DNA from: Amphiscolops sp. MND2022
Lineage: Eukaryota
Assembly (NCBI GenBank): GCA_964187785.1
Contig: OZ076412.1
Span: 63,178,001-63,242,000, forward strand
Reading direction: 5' to 3'
DNA length: 64,000 bases
Both the position numbers and the translations under genes were made by a program. Under the pieces are notes generated by a model. That model saw only the letters and a program-made list of their open reading frames with translations. It ran no database searches and was not told where the DNA came from. The first letter of the stretch is position 1. The number at the start of each line of letters is the position of its first letter. Below are positions 22,294 to 32,090 of this stretch, in pieces.

Positions 22294-25200
22294 CCCCCGC
22301 ATTGCCGACAGCCGAGCAAGGTGTTGTTGCGTCTTTGTCTTACCCAGTCCCTTCGTGAAAATGTCAGCGCAATTGTCACCACTTGCAATAAACTTCAGAT
22401 CAATCGACTGATTCTTCACTGTCTCCCGCACATACGCCATCCGAGTTGCAAAGTGTTTCGTCTTTGCGCTGTTGTCATCTCTGGTTGCTAATGCTAGGCA
22501 CGATTGATTGTCCGTGAACAAAGTCGTCGCTATGGATTCTCCAAGAGTGTCCAGAATCCCCCGCAAATGCACCGCTTCCTTTACAGCTTCGCTCAAGGCA
22601 TGAAGTTCTGCCTCAGTGGTTGAAGTCGCTACACATGTTTGTCGTCTAGCAGCCCACGATATTGCCCCACTACCCACGTTGAAGCAAAAACCAGTGATGC
22701 TTCGTCTATCGTCCTTGCAGCTGGCATAGTCTGAATCCGTGTATCCATTTAGGCCTGTATCATCGCACTTCATGAAGGTGATGCCCACGTCAGCTGTACC
22801 TCTGAGGTAGCGTAACACGTGCTTCGCTGCTTGCCAGTGAGCAAATCCAGGGTTGCTAAGAAATCGAGAAAGTAGGTGGGCCGGGAATGCCAGGTCAGGT
22901 CGAGTGGACAGTGAGAGGTAAGCAATGCTACCCACCAGGCCTCTGTAGTCATGTCTCAACATTTGCTGTTGCTCATCTGATCCGTCTTCTGGCATCTGAT
23001 CCTTCGTCAGATCCAGCTTGTCTGCGAGTGGTGTTGAAGCTGCCTTGCACTCGCCCATACCGTGTTTGCGAAGTAGGTTGCTCACATACCCCTGATGCTT
23101 CATTGTCAGCGAACCGTCACCCCACTTGAAGGAAATTCCCAAGAACCACGTTAGAGGACCGCTTTCGCCAATGTTGAACCGCTCGCTCATCTTGTCATTG
23201 AACCACGTGGTAAATTGACTGTCGGTTGACCCGTAAATAATATCATCCACCCAGATCACTATCCAGCACTTGTGACCATTCCTCGTCAGAGTCAGCAAGC
23301 AAGGGTCGTGAAGTGATGCCTTGAAGTTGAGCTCAAACAGATGGGAAGAGAGACACTCATACCAATTGCGCCCCGATTGTTTTAGTCCATAAAGTGACCG
23401 CTTAAGCTTGCACACCATCTGTTTGCCCTTTTGGTACCCCTCTGGCTGCTCCATGTAGATGTCTTCTTGAATTGGTGCGTTCAGGTATGCTGTCTTTATG
23501 TCCATCTGATTGAAATGCATACCCAGCTTCACCCCACATGCCAGGACAGTTCTGAGTGTAGACAGCTTCGCCGTTGGTGAGTAGGTGTCGTGAAAATCAA
23601 TGCCTGGCGTCTGAGTGAACCCCCGTGCCACGAATCGCGCCTTGTACTTCACCACGTTTCCTTCGTCATCTAGTTTATGAGCAAAATGCCACTTTCCGCT
23701 GATGATGCCTTGTCCTGATGGTGGCTTGACTAGCTCCCAGACACCATTTTCTTCCAAAGATTTGAATTCTCTGTCCATCGCTGCTTTCCAGTTGGGATCC
23801 GCCAGGGCGTCTGCTGTATTGCTTGGAAGGCCGCTTGAAATCAAAGCATCACAGTGAAGTGCCAGGTTCTCCAATTCTCTCCCTGTCACATAGTCGCCGA
23901 AACGTTGAGGCGCCCTTCGAGTCCTCCCCGAACATCTGGTTGTCGTCTGCTGCACTGCTGTTGTACTGTCTGTAACATTGGGTGTCCCATCGTCTGGATT
24001 GATGTTATCTTCTGAATCGCCCTGGATTGCACGGGTTTTCGTAGATGTGGTCTCGCATTGTTCATCTGACCCCGATTTCAGATCATCAACATCTGATTGA
24101 GATGCATCATCGTCCTCGCTCTCCCCTTGGGTGACTGCAGAACCACGTTGGTAAGGAAACACATCGTCGTTGAAGTTGACGTTTCGTGATACCCAGACCT
24201 TTGGTGCCCTTGTCTCTGACCCGTCTGTTGAGGCTACCACATATGCCTTAGAAGTTCCCGAGTATCCCAGTAGAATAGCTTCCCGTGCCTTGCTGTCCAG
24301 CTTCTTCCTGACTTCGTTGAGCACAAACGACTGGCACCCAAACACGTGAAGATGTGAAAGGTCAGGCTTACTTCCGTGAAACATCTCAAAAGGGGTCTTG
24401 CCATGCGCCGAGTGGATTGATCGATTCTTCAGGTAGATGGCAGTTGAGAGAGCAAAAGGCCAAAACTGCTTTGGGACCGCTGCAGTTGCCATCATGCATC
24501 GCGTCATGCCAGTCACAGTGCCCCATGCTCGCTCAATTTTGCCATTTTCTTCGGGTGTGTAGGGGGCAGAGAATTCCTGTTTGATGCCATTGGATGTGCA
24601 CAAGTCACTGAACTGCTTTGACTTGAACTCGAGAGCCCCGTCTGAAACCAAGGTGCCAGGCCGGCCAACATCGATGATGAATCGTTGTAACTTTGCGGTG
24701 ACCTCATCCTTTGACTTCATTGGGTATACTGCCCCGAAACGGCTGTAACTGTCGATGAAGCCCACTGCATAGCGAAAACCCTCGTGGGACTCCTGCTGAA
24801 TGGGTCCGAGCACGTCTGTGTGAACGATAGCCAGTTTCGTTTTCGCTCGAGTGCCCCACGTCTTCGGAATGGATGCCCGCTTCGCCTTCTCGGTGCAGCA
24901 GATGTTGCAGTTCGTCTTCTTTTCGGAGCCAGAGATGTTCATGCCCACGACCTCTTGTTGCAACTTTGCCACATCGTGCCAGTTGTTGTGCCCCATCACT
25001 CGATGCCAGTGCTTGATAGAGTGAGACATCATTGCCAGTGACCCCGTCTCCACAGGTTGAGCCATCACACTGAAAAGTTCGTCGTTTGTCATCATTGGCA
25101 CAACAGTTCCATTGGGCATCTTGATGGTTGGGTCGTCATTGAACTGGATCATTGCCCCCTTGTCCGTCAATCGCTTGACCGACACCAGATTCCTCGCGTA

Positions 25201-26313
25201 GGATGGTACCCAGAAGGCATCCTTCAGTTCCAGTAGACAAGAACGGCCCGTATTGTCCTTCACAAAGCATCGCACTGTCCCGCGTCCTTTGATCTCTGAA
25301 CGACTGCTGTTAGCGTTGCATACGTCTGCCAGAAAACCCTCGTCCAGATCAGAGAAGAGCTCTTTGTTCTTGATCATGAAGCCGTTGCACCCAGAGTCAA
25401 TGAGAAGCTCAATGCTCCCCTTGTCGTAGCAACCAGCCCTGAAAGCCCCGAAGCTGAAGAAGTCCGCTGATGAATGGTTGCTGGATTGACCCGAGCCACA
25501 TCCTCCACTTGAGCTCTTTTGCTGTCCCTTCCTGCAAGTTGAAGCCAGATGCCCCTTCTGACCACAGTTGAAGCAAGTCCTCGTCTCCCGACTGTGGCAG
25601 TCCTTAGCTCGGTGCCCCATCTTTCCACACTTGAAGCACTTTGGAGGCTTCCTCCCGGCTGAGTGAAATGCTGTCATCGATGTCTCGCTTGAAACACAGA
25701 GACCCCTGGTTGCTGCGAAGTTGACCAAGTCCTGCTTCATCTCGTAGTACCCCTTTGCTGTGCCGAAGTTGAGGACTGCCACCACACTGTCGAAGTCACT
25801 TGGAAGACCCTTGAGAATCATCGCTGTGAAGAGAGCATCTGAGACCACTTCCCCCGCTTCAGCCAGATCCAGTTTGAGCCCTTCTGCTTTGGTGAGGTAG
25901 TCAGTCACCTTCTCCCCTGATGTCATCTTGAGACCAGTGAGCTGTGTCATCAGTGATTGAACACGAGGCCGTTCAGTTGATTTGTGGAGCTTCGTCAAAG
26001 CTGTCCAGGCTGCAGTCCCATTCGGCTTGTGCCCTCTGATGAAGTTGATGCTTGCCTTGTCAAGGCACTGAACCAGCTCGCACCACACCATGTACTGTAG
26101 TTTGGCTCGATCTGCTTCTTCCCCCTCTCGCTTGACACGTTCATCATTCGTCTCCACATCTTTTTGAGGTGTTGTTTTGATTCTGTCCAGAAGGCAGTCA
26201 GAAAGTCCCAGGGCATAGACTCTTGCTTCGAACTGCTCCAGAAAAGTGGGGAAGTCATCCTCTCGTCCACTAAACAGCAGCTTCTCTTGTCGAGAGTGTC
26301 GTGGTGCCGTCAT
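22231..26313 (-). CDS. gag-pol: Copia Gag-Pol polyprotein, copy 1 (1360 aa, intact)
   Basis: Translation appears identical to 17818-21900. Confidence 0.97.
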   Translation of the reverse strand: MTAPRHSRQEKLLFSGREDDFPTFLEQFEARVYALGLSDCLLDRIKTTPQKDVETNDERVKREGEEADRAKLQYMVWCELVQCLDKASINFIRGHKPNGTAAWTALTKLHKSTERPRVQSLMTQLTGLKMTSGEKVTDYLTKAEGLKLDLAEAGEVVSDALFTAMILKGLPSDFDSVVAVLNFGTAKGYYEMKQDLVNFAATRGLCVSSETSMTAFHSAGRKPPKCFKCGKMGHRAKDCHSRETRTCFNCGQKGHLASTCRKGQQKSSSGGCGSGQSSNHSSADFFSFGAFRAGCYDKGSIELLIDSGCNGFMIKNKELFSDLDEGFLADVCNANSSRSEIKGRGTVRCFVKDNTGRSCLLELKDAFWVPSYARNLVSVKRLTDKGAMIQFNDDPTIKMPNGTVVPMMTNDELFSVMAQPVETGSLAMMSHSIKHWHRVMGHNNWHDVAKLQQEVVGMNISGSEKKTNCNICCTEKAKRASIPKTWGTRAKTKLAIVHTDVLGPIQQESHEGFRYAVGFIDSYSRFGAVYPMKSKDEVTAKLQRFIIDVGRPGTLVSDGALEFKSKQFSDLCTSNGIKQEFSAPYTPEENGKIERAWGTVTGMTRCMMATAAVPKQFWPFALSTAIYLKNRSIHSAHGKTPFEMFHGSKPDLSHLHVFGCQSFVLNEVRKKLDSKAREAILLGYSGTSKAYVVASTDGSETRAPKVWVSRNVNFNDDVFPYQRGSAVTQGESEDDDASQSDVDDLKSGSDEQCETTSTKTRAIQGDSEDNINPDDGTPNVTDSTTAVQQTTTRCSGRTRRAPQRFGDYVTGRELENLALHCDALISSGLPSNTADALADPNWKAAMDREFKSLEENGVWELVKPPSGQGIISGKWHFAHKLDDEGNVVKYKARFVARGFTQTPGIDFHDTYSPTAKLSTLRTVLACGVKLGMHFNQMDIKTAYLNAPIQEDIYMEQPEGYQKGKQMVCKLKRSLYGLKQSGRNWYECLSSHLFELNFKASLHDPCLLTLTRNGHKCWIVIWVDDIIYGSTDSQFTTWFNDKMSERFNIGESGPLTWFLGISFKWGDGSLTMKHQGYVSNLLRKHGMGECKAASTPLADKLDLTKDQMPEDGSDEQQQMLRHDYRGLVGSIAYLSLSTRPDLAFPAHLLSRFLSNPGFAHWQAAKHVLRYLRGTADVGITFMKCDDTGLNGYTDSDYASCKDDRRSITGFCFNVGSGAISWAARRQTCVATSTTEAELHALSEAVKEAVHLRGILDTLGESIATTLFTDNQSCLALATRDDNSAKTKHFATRMAYVRETVKNQSIDLKFIASGDNCADIFTKGLGKTKTQQHLARLSAMRGYQGLPSASQGGNDQMMSHDP

Positions 26314-26386
26314 CGTGATCTGCGCTGGTGAGGCTGTGATCAGCTAAGTAGATGGCGTCGTGTGGGAAGCTGCTGGGCCCATAACC

Positions 26387-26706
26387 TTTCAAAACAGGTT
26401 GGGTAGGAATGAAGAACTGAATTGAGATTGATTAGTTATGATCAGACTTGGTTTATGTATATACAATTGCAATTGATGGTGGAAATGGTTCAGCATCGGG
26501 TATATATAGCACCGCGACAGGTACTTGTCAGTAAACAAAAAGTGTGCGGTATCAATAGTTGTCTGTTGTATCGCACAAACAGGTACATCAATGTGCGACA
26601 TCAAAAGTTGTGTGTGCGATGTCATCTGGCAGGTACTTGAACCTTAGGGGTCGTGGCTCATCATTTGATCGTTCCCGCCTTGCGAGGCGGATGGCAAACC
26701 TTGATA
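26387..26706 (-). repeat. Copia 5' LTR (320 bp)
   Basis: Followed on the sense strand by the PBS; TATA-like CTATATATA inside. Confidence 0.93.
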
Positions 26707-26892
26707 TTCAACAAAGCCGAACCAACCTCTTCCGTAAAGATCCCGACTATAAACGAATACTAGATAGACTGGACATATCACCTCAATTGGTGGAAAATAC
26801 CGAAGCAAAGCAGATTGTAAAACCAAAACGCCCTAGAGCTGTTTTGAAACCAAAAAGCCCAAAACCAGTATCGAAAAAAGTCAAACGACAAG

Positions 26893-27874
26893 ATGAGCAG
26901 CAACCTAGCGAAGATTCTGAAGAAGAAGAAGAAATTGAGAAAGGCTGGGAAAGTCTCTCAGAATGATTTGAGAGTGTTGGAACAATTTTACACTAAGAGC
27001 AGTGCTGCATATGGAAGTATCGACAACCTACAAAAAGCAACAAAACTACCGAGGAAAAAAATAGAGAACTTTTTACACACAAGGAATGCCCACACGAAAT
27101 ATAGACAAGTTCGGAGAAACTTTCCTCGTCTCAAAGTAATTGCTTACGACATTAACGAAATTTGGTCAATCGATGTTGCTTATGTCGACAAGCTGGCAAA
27201 ATACAACAATGGTGTGAAATATTTGCTTGTAGCAGTGGATGTTTTGTCACGATATCTCCGAGTTTCACCAATGAGGTCGAAGAGTGCCGAGGAAACAGCA
27301 CGAACCTTCAGAAAAATGATTCAAAAACAAAAGCCTCAAAAAGTTTGGACTGATAAAGGAACAGAATTCAAAGGAGGCTTCAAGAACCTTTGCGATCAAG
27401 AGGGAATAGAGACGTACACAACTCAAAGTGAAACAAAGTCAGCGTACGCTGAAAGGAACATTAGGTCGCTCAAAAACATTATTTATAAACATTTAGAACA
27501 CAAATGGACTTACCATTACATAAACAAGTTGAGTCAGTTTGTTGACACCATCAACTCACGTGTCTATCGAGTGACCAATTTGGCACCAAACTAAGTTACC
27601 AAAAAACACGTACCTCTGTTACGATCTCTTGCAGCGGAAAAATAAGCAAAATTGGTCAAAAAACCTCGATTTGAAGTTGGAGACAGTTCGGATAGCAAAG
27701 CAAGATTTACCATTCAAAAAAGGGTACAAACAAAACTTTACTGACGAGATATTCACCATCAGAAGAATTGCAACATTCAATCCACCCACATACAACTTGA
27801 CAGACGTTGACGGTGAAACTATCCAAGGCAAATTTTACGAGCCGGAACTAACCAAAACAAATGGACGAGTTTGA
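26893..27874 (+). pseudogene. int: Polinton retroviral-type integrase (two in-frame stops and a frameshift)
   Basis: WSIDVAYV, LLVAVDVLSRY, WTDKGTEF, AERNIRSLK (DDE); TAA at 27592 and about 27642; frameshift near KPRFEVGD/TVRI; C-terminal YNLTDVDGETIQGKFYEPEL. Confidence 0.9.
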
Positions 27875-28718
27875 CATTTATCTCGAGTCTACAGGCTCCA
27901 TGAACATTTACAAAGATAACACAATGTCCGTATTCAGAAACTTGCTGGCTCATCCAATCAACTTGGAAGGTGATTGGAGAGTAGCGTTGGCCGAAATTAT
28001 TCACCCAACCAATGTAAAAAACATCACGACAACTGACTACATGATTTACACTCCTAAAACTCCATACGACAGCACAGCAGTGACAATAAGGGGAGATGGA
28101 GCAGGCGTAGTAGTGAGACGAGAGGATTGGTCTGACAATGCCGAATTTGATGCCGGAGAGTATATCACTATCAAAAGTATTCTCAAGAAACTTGAAAAGG
28201 GAACTGAAACTAAAAAACCTTTAACCTCTACATTATTCGAGGATGAAAACGTTGAACTCAACTTTGCTGATGGATATGGTATAAGTGTCAGAGATAGGAG
28301 CCTTTTGGACGTCTTGGGAATTCAGGGAGTGCCAGATCCAAACCGAGGAGGGTTCTTTATTGGAAGCAACCAAAAAGTGGTTAAAATGCAACAGCCAATC
28401 AAAAACACTTATCCACCTGATCTAACAGCTGCTACGTCTATGTTTTTTGTAAACTTGAACATCATTGAACAACAACACGTTGCTGGAGTAAAGTCGCCTT
28501 TACTTCGCATTATCGACAATTCACGGCGAGTGGTTGAAGACAAACTCAAAACGTCATCAGTTACAGACCACAAGATCTTCACCGAACTGCAGTTCAAAAA
28601 GTTGATTACTACTACGATTCAAGAGATTCAGATTGAATTCATTTCAGTCACGGGGCGAAGAGTACCATTTGTTGGCACTGGAAGGGTTGCTTTGACTCTG
28701 AAATTTCGCAAATTTTGA
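27861..28718 (+). CDS. Minor capsid (penton-like, PX) protein
   Basis: N-terminal FDIYLESTGS.....NT...F...L..PINLEGDWRVALAEIIHP and C-terminal LTLKFRK pattern of Polinton mCP. Confidence 0.85.
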   Translation: MDEFDIYLESTGSMNIYKDNTMSVFRNLLAHPINLEGDWRVALAEIIHPTNVKNITTTDYMIYTPKTPYDSTAVTIRGDGAGVVVRREDWSDNAEFDAGEYITIKSILKKLEKGTETKKPLTSTLFEDENVELNFADGYGISVRDRSLLDVLGIQGVPDPNRGGFFIGSNQKVVKMQQPIKNTYPPDLTAATSMFFVNLNIIEQQHVAGVKSPLLRIIDNSRRVVEDKLKTSSVTDHKIFTELQFKKLITTTIQEIQIEFISVTGRRVPFVGTGRVALTLKFRKF

Positions 28719-28720
28719 AA

Positions 28721-29062
28721 ATGGATGCATATTATACCCGCCAAGCTGTTTTACCTCATTTTACTGGCTATTCTCGTCAACGTGGAAGTGGCATCGGTTC
28801 CTTGGCGGCAGGCGTAGGTCGTGTTGCATTACCATTCGCGAAAAAGTTTCTACTGCCCGCAGTCAAATCAATTGGTAAAGACTTGATAACAAACACTCTT
28901 CCTGAATTGGTAGAAGTTGTCTCCAAAAAAAAGTCTCCTAAACAAGCAGCAAAGTCAGCCATTAGAAAAACAATAAACAGATTGGAGGTCGCAAAAAACG
29001 ACCAGTCATTAAACGAAAAAGAAAGTCAGCGAGAAGTCGGTCCAATTTCTTTTCAAAAGTGA
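28721..29062 (+). CDS. Small basic core-like protein (QRGxG motif), C-terminus probably frameshifted
   Basis: YYTRQA..RQRGSGIGSL amphipathic region; the alternative frame near 28975 gives the highly basic tail KQIGGRKKRPVIKRKRKSARSRS. Confidence 0.7.
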   Translation: MDAYYTRQAVLPHFTGYSRQRGSGIGSLAAGVGRVALPFAKKFLLPAVKSIGKDLITNTLPELVEVVSKKKSPKQAAKSAIRKTINRLEVAKNDQSLNEKESQREVGPISFQK

Positions 29063-29065
29063 GAA

Positions 29066-30283
29066 ATGTTGCCTAACGTTCTACCAGTTGAAGCTTCACA
29101 TAGCTCTTTTGTGACCGGTGATCGAACCAATTTTATTGATTTGCAAAACATTTATCTGGAAGTGAAGTGTAACATCAAGCGCGGGAATGGCAATGCTTTG
29201 CGGTATGATGCGACGAGTGCTGCAAACACTGATTCACCAATATTCGTAAACAATGCTTTGCATTCTCTCTTCTCAGACTGCAATATTGTTGCGAATGAGG
29301 TGAGAATATCCTCTGCAAACGGATATTATGCACCAAAGGCGTTCCTGGAAACTGAGTTTTCAACAAACAAAGAGAGTAAAGACACTTGGTTGAAATGTCA
29401 AGGTTACAACTATGAAGAAGATCCTTCAGATTTTACTACCGCTGCCTTCACTAGCAGGGAGCAAGAGACGCGAACTTCAAATACAATTACCTTGATTGGA
29501 AAAATTGCTGGTGATTTCTTTACCTGTGACAAACATTTGCTCAGTGGAGTTACCCTTCGTCTAACATTTCTTCGAACAAGGCCAGAGTTTTGCGTCGTTT
29601 ATGACGATGATGCCAAAGACTATAAAGTTGAAATTACACAAGCCAATTTACATGTGCGCAAAATGACCGTATCCGAGAATGTATACACAGCGATTGAAAC
29701 AGCTCTTACGAAAACCAATGCAATGTATCGCTATACAGAAATAATTCCCAAATCGTTTTTAATGCCGCAAAACAGTAACAGTTGGAACCAAGAAAACATT
29801 TTCAACGGCGAGCCCATACGCAGATTTGCTATTGCAATGACATCAAACCGAGCATTCCTTGGTGGTAAAACACTCAACCCATTTCATTTTCAAAAGTTCA
29901 ATCTTGCAACAATAACTGTTTATCGCAATGGATACCCAGTTGCTGGCACCCCTTTGCAAACCGATGACGACAAGAAACTTTACCTAAATTCACTTGAGGC
30001 ATTAGCCTTTGGTCATCACGGACATGGAATACCGTTCAGCAAATTTACAGATCACTATTTCATGGTATTCGACATGACTAGTACCCAACAAGCGTTGCAT
30101 GATTACTTGTATCCCGAACTCACTAATGCTTCAATCTCTGTAGAACTACGGTTTACAGCAGGTTTGGCAGCAAACACTGAGATATTTTTCCTGGGGGAGA
30201 GATCATCAGTTATCTACATCAATTCGCAGAAAAAAGTCTCCAAAAATCGTCCTATAGAAACTGGAATTGAGACTAAAAAATGA
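29066..30283 (+). CDS. Major capsid protein (double jelly-roll, PY), probably with an N-terminal in-frame deletion
   Basis: IDLQNIYLEV, NNALHSLFSD, DFFTCDKHLLSGVTLRL, ANLHVRK, FQKFNL, FMVFDMT; EASHSSF runs straight into VTGDRTNF, shorter than the remembered family pattern. Confidence 0.88.
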   Translation: MLPNVLPVEASHSSFVTGDRTNFIDLQNIYLEVKCNIKRGNGNALRYDATSAANTDSPIFVNNALHSLFSDCNIVANEVRISSANGYYAPKAFLETEFSTNKESKDTWLKCQGYNYEEDPSDFTTAAFTSREQETRTSNTITLIGKIAGDFFTCDKHLLSGVTLRLTFLRTRPEFCVVYDDDAKDYKVEITQANLHVRKMTVSENVYTAIETALTKTNAMYRYTEIIPKSFLMPQNSNSWNQENIFNGEPIRRFAIAMTSNRAFLGGKTLNPFHFQKFNLATITVYRNGYPVAGTPLQTDDDKKLYLNSLEALAFGHHGHGIPFSKFTDHYFMVFDMTSTQQALHDYLYPELTNASISVELRFTAGLAANTEIFFLGERSSVIYINSQKKVSKNRPIETGIETKK

Positions 30284-30714
30284 TTGACGAGATAGAATTG
30301 TGGCGTCTAATCAACAGATGCATACATCTCAAGTACAAGTTTGCAGGTGTCTATGCAGCAGACAACTTTCCCCTTTATATTGATTGCCAATCATTCTTGA
30401 TTGTAAACTCTGACAAAGCAAATCAAAAAGGCACTCATTGGATTTTACTTGGTCGCAAAAAAGATGATGACCTAGTTTTTGCAGATCCACTTGGACTACC
30501 TATTCACTACTACAAGCATATTTGTGACCGGCTATCATTTGCGGATTTCGGAGTGAGAGAACTTATCAAGGAACCCTTGCAGAAACTATCATCAGACTTG
30601 TGCGGACTCTACTGTATACATATTGCTCATTACATTTTTAGTGGCTACTATCCTACTATACCATTCATAAGTGAAAAGGAGCTCTTTCGATTTATACATC
30701 ATTTTATCATATGA
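30280..30714 (+). CDS. pro: Adenain-like cysteine protease
   Basis: GVYAAD, IVNSD, GTHW (His), FADPLG (Asp), LQ....CGLYC (Gln, Cys). Confidence 0.92.
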   Translation: MIDEIELWRLINRCIHLKYKFAGVYAADNFPLYIDCQSFLIVNSDKANQKGTHWILLGRKKDDDLVFADPLGLPIHYYKHICDRLSFADFGVRELIKEPLQKLSSDLCGLYCIHIAHYIFSGYYPTIPFISEKELFRFIHHFII

Positions 30715-30938
30715 TACTTGAACAAAAATGTATGATCTACAATGCTGGAACTCTCAATTAACAGCTTATGCTTCACATCTTTTCAGAGAAAACGAAAAAC
30801 TACACATTCAATTAGGAGGAAGAAAAATTTGCCAATAAAGACCGTCACTCATTTGACAAAACTAAAGACTGAACGAACAAATAGATGAAATGATATTTAC
30901 AAATCACAGTCAATTTAAAAGAGACTGAACAGGAATTT

Positions 30939-31562
30939 TTACAACATGCTACAATTTAGCCAATACGGTCCACAATCAAAACGAATGTTTGCTTTCCAAC
31001 AGTTAGGGAGGGGATCAAAGACGACAAAAGTTTGAGTTTTGTCACCGTTGACAGAAACTTCTTCTTGCATGAGCGCGAAGCGCACTAATTTCTTCTCTCG
31101 GGAAGCAGCACCATCACGCTTTAGAATCGAGGGTATAGAATTGAGGTTGAATTGCATCTCCTCAGATGCTAAGCCCCAGGCTGAATACGGGTCCATGAAG
31201 AGGTTTTCATAGCCCCATAATTGTGAGGCGTCAAAATGTGGTGGTAAATTTTGGCGCCACTTCTGAAGACCCCTGGCCGCGAAGTTTGCCGGGAAGAGCC
31301 TGTAAGTCTCTTTTCGTCGGGGGTGTGGCAAGTTCTTGTACCCAGACATGTCGACGTAGGTTTCCTCAGCAGAGTAGTTGTAGATTGTGATGTAATCTGA
31401 GAAACCAACACTCTTCTTCTGAACAGGTCCGTAGCATGACTGGAGGTCATCCTCAGGTCGTAAACAGGAGTGTATCGGGATTATTTCGGGGTCGAACACA
31501 ATTCTGGTCAGTGCCTCTTCGAATTTGGACTGTTCGTAAATAACTTCTTCATAGAAGTTCAT
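30939..31562 (-). CDS. Hypothetical protein with paired PP1-docking-like motifs
   Basis: 207-aa ORF divergent from polB; SCLR(32-35)..KKSVGF(49-54)-ITIY and SILK(145-148)..KKLVRF(157-162). Confidence 0.6.
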   Translation of the reverse strand: MNFYEEVIYEQSKFEEALTRIVFDPEIIPIHSCLRPEDDLQSCYGPVQKKSVGFSDYITIYNYSAEETYVDMSGYKNLPHPRRKETYRLFPANFAARGLQKWRQNLPPHFDASQLWGYENLFMDPYSAWGLASEEMQFNLNSIPSILKRDGAASREKKLVRFALMQEEVSVNGDKTQTFVVFDPLPNCWKANIRFDCGPYWLNCSML

Positions 31563-32090
31563 GTTGAAACTTGTTTCAAAATTTCAGGGAGGAGGAGAGA
31601 GAGCGAAAATCGATGAGAAATTCAAAATATTTTGAAAATTTGAGGCTAGGGCTATCAACTTGAGAGTGGAATGTTTATACGAAAAGTGATCAGTTTCTTG
31701 TTGATTTTTGGAACGCTCAAAAAATGCAAAAGTTCTCAAGACTTGTCTGGCTTCTAGTCCTTTTATCTCAGCACCCAACCGCGGCTTGCGTTAGCCGGAG
31801 TGAATTGAACAAACAAAAGAGACGCTATACTGTCTAAACTCAAGTGAGCTAGTTCAAATTTTCTCAGTAGCGGAAGATGACAAATCTAAGAAGCGCGCGA
31901 CAAAAGTGAGCGAAAGCAAAGAAGGAGCCGCAACAAATAAAACTTCAAAAGAGAAGGAAGCGGTAAAGTCATCCAGAGAATGTTTTTTCTCTAAATTTCA
32001 GAAATTTTTTCAATATTTTTTCTAGAAAACTAGATTAGGCAGTAAAATTGATCATTACTTGAAAAAATTGTTCAGCAATCAGTTGTCAAA

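Larger units (their letters stand above)
17561..26706 (-). mobile_element. Ty1/Copia LTR retrotransposon, tandem LTR-int-LTR-int-LTR, 5-bp TSD TTCAA
   Basis: Three 320-bp LTRs with a 4,413-bp period; TSD at 17556-17560 and 26707-26711; PBS GGTTATGGGCCCAG; PPT ATGCGGGGG. Confidence 0.97.
17195..26966 (+). pseudogene. Polinton conserved ORF upstream of int (206 aa when restored), split by the Copia insertion
   Basis: 17195-17560 (...FLFDIQ) joins 26712-26966 (QSRTNLFRKDPDYKRIL...) in frame after removing the Copia and one TSD copy. Confidence 0.8.

Noticed and set aside
17563-26826. Short ORFs within the LTRs and antisense to Copia gag-pol
   Set aside because: Shadow frames repeated with the 4,413-bp period; no independent coding features
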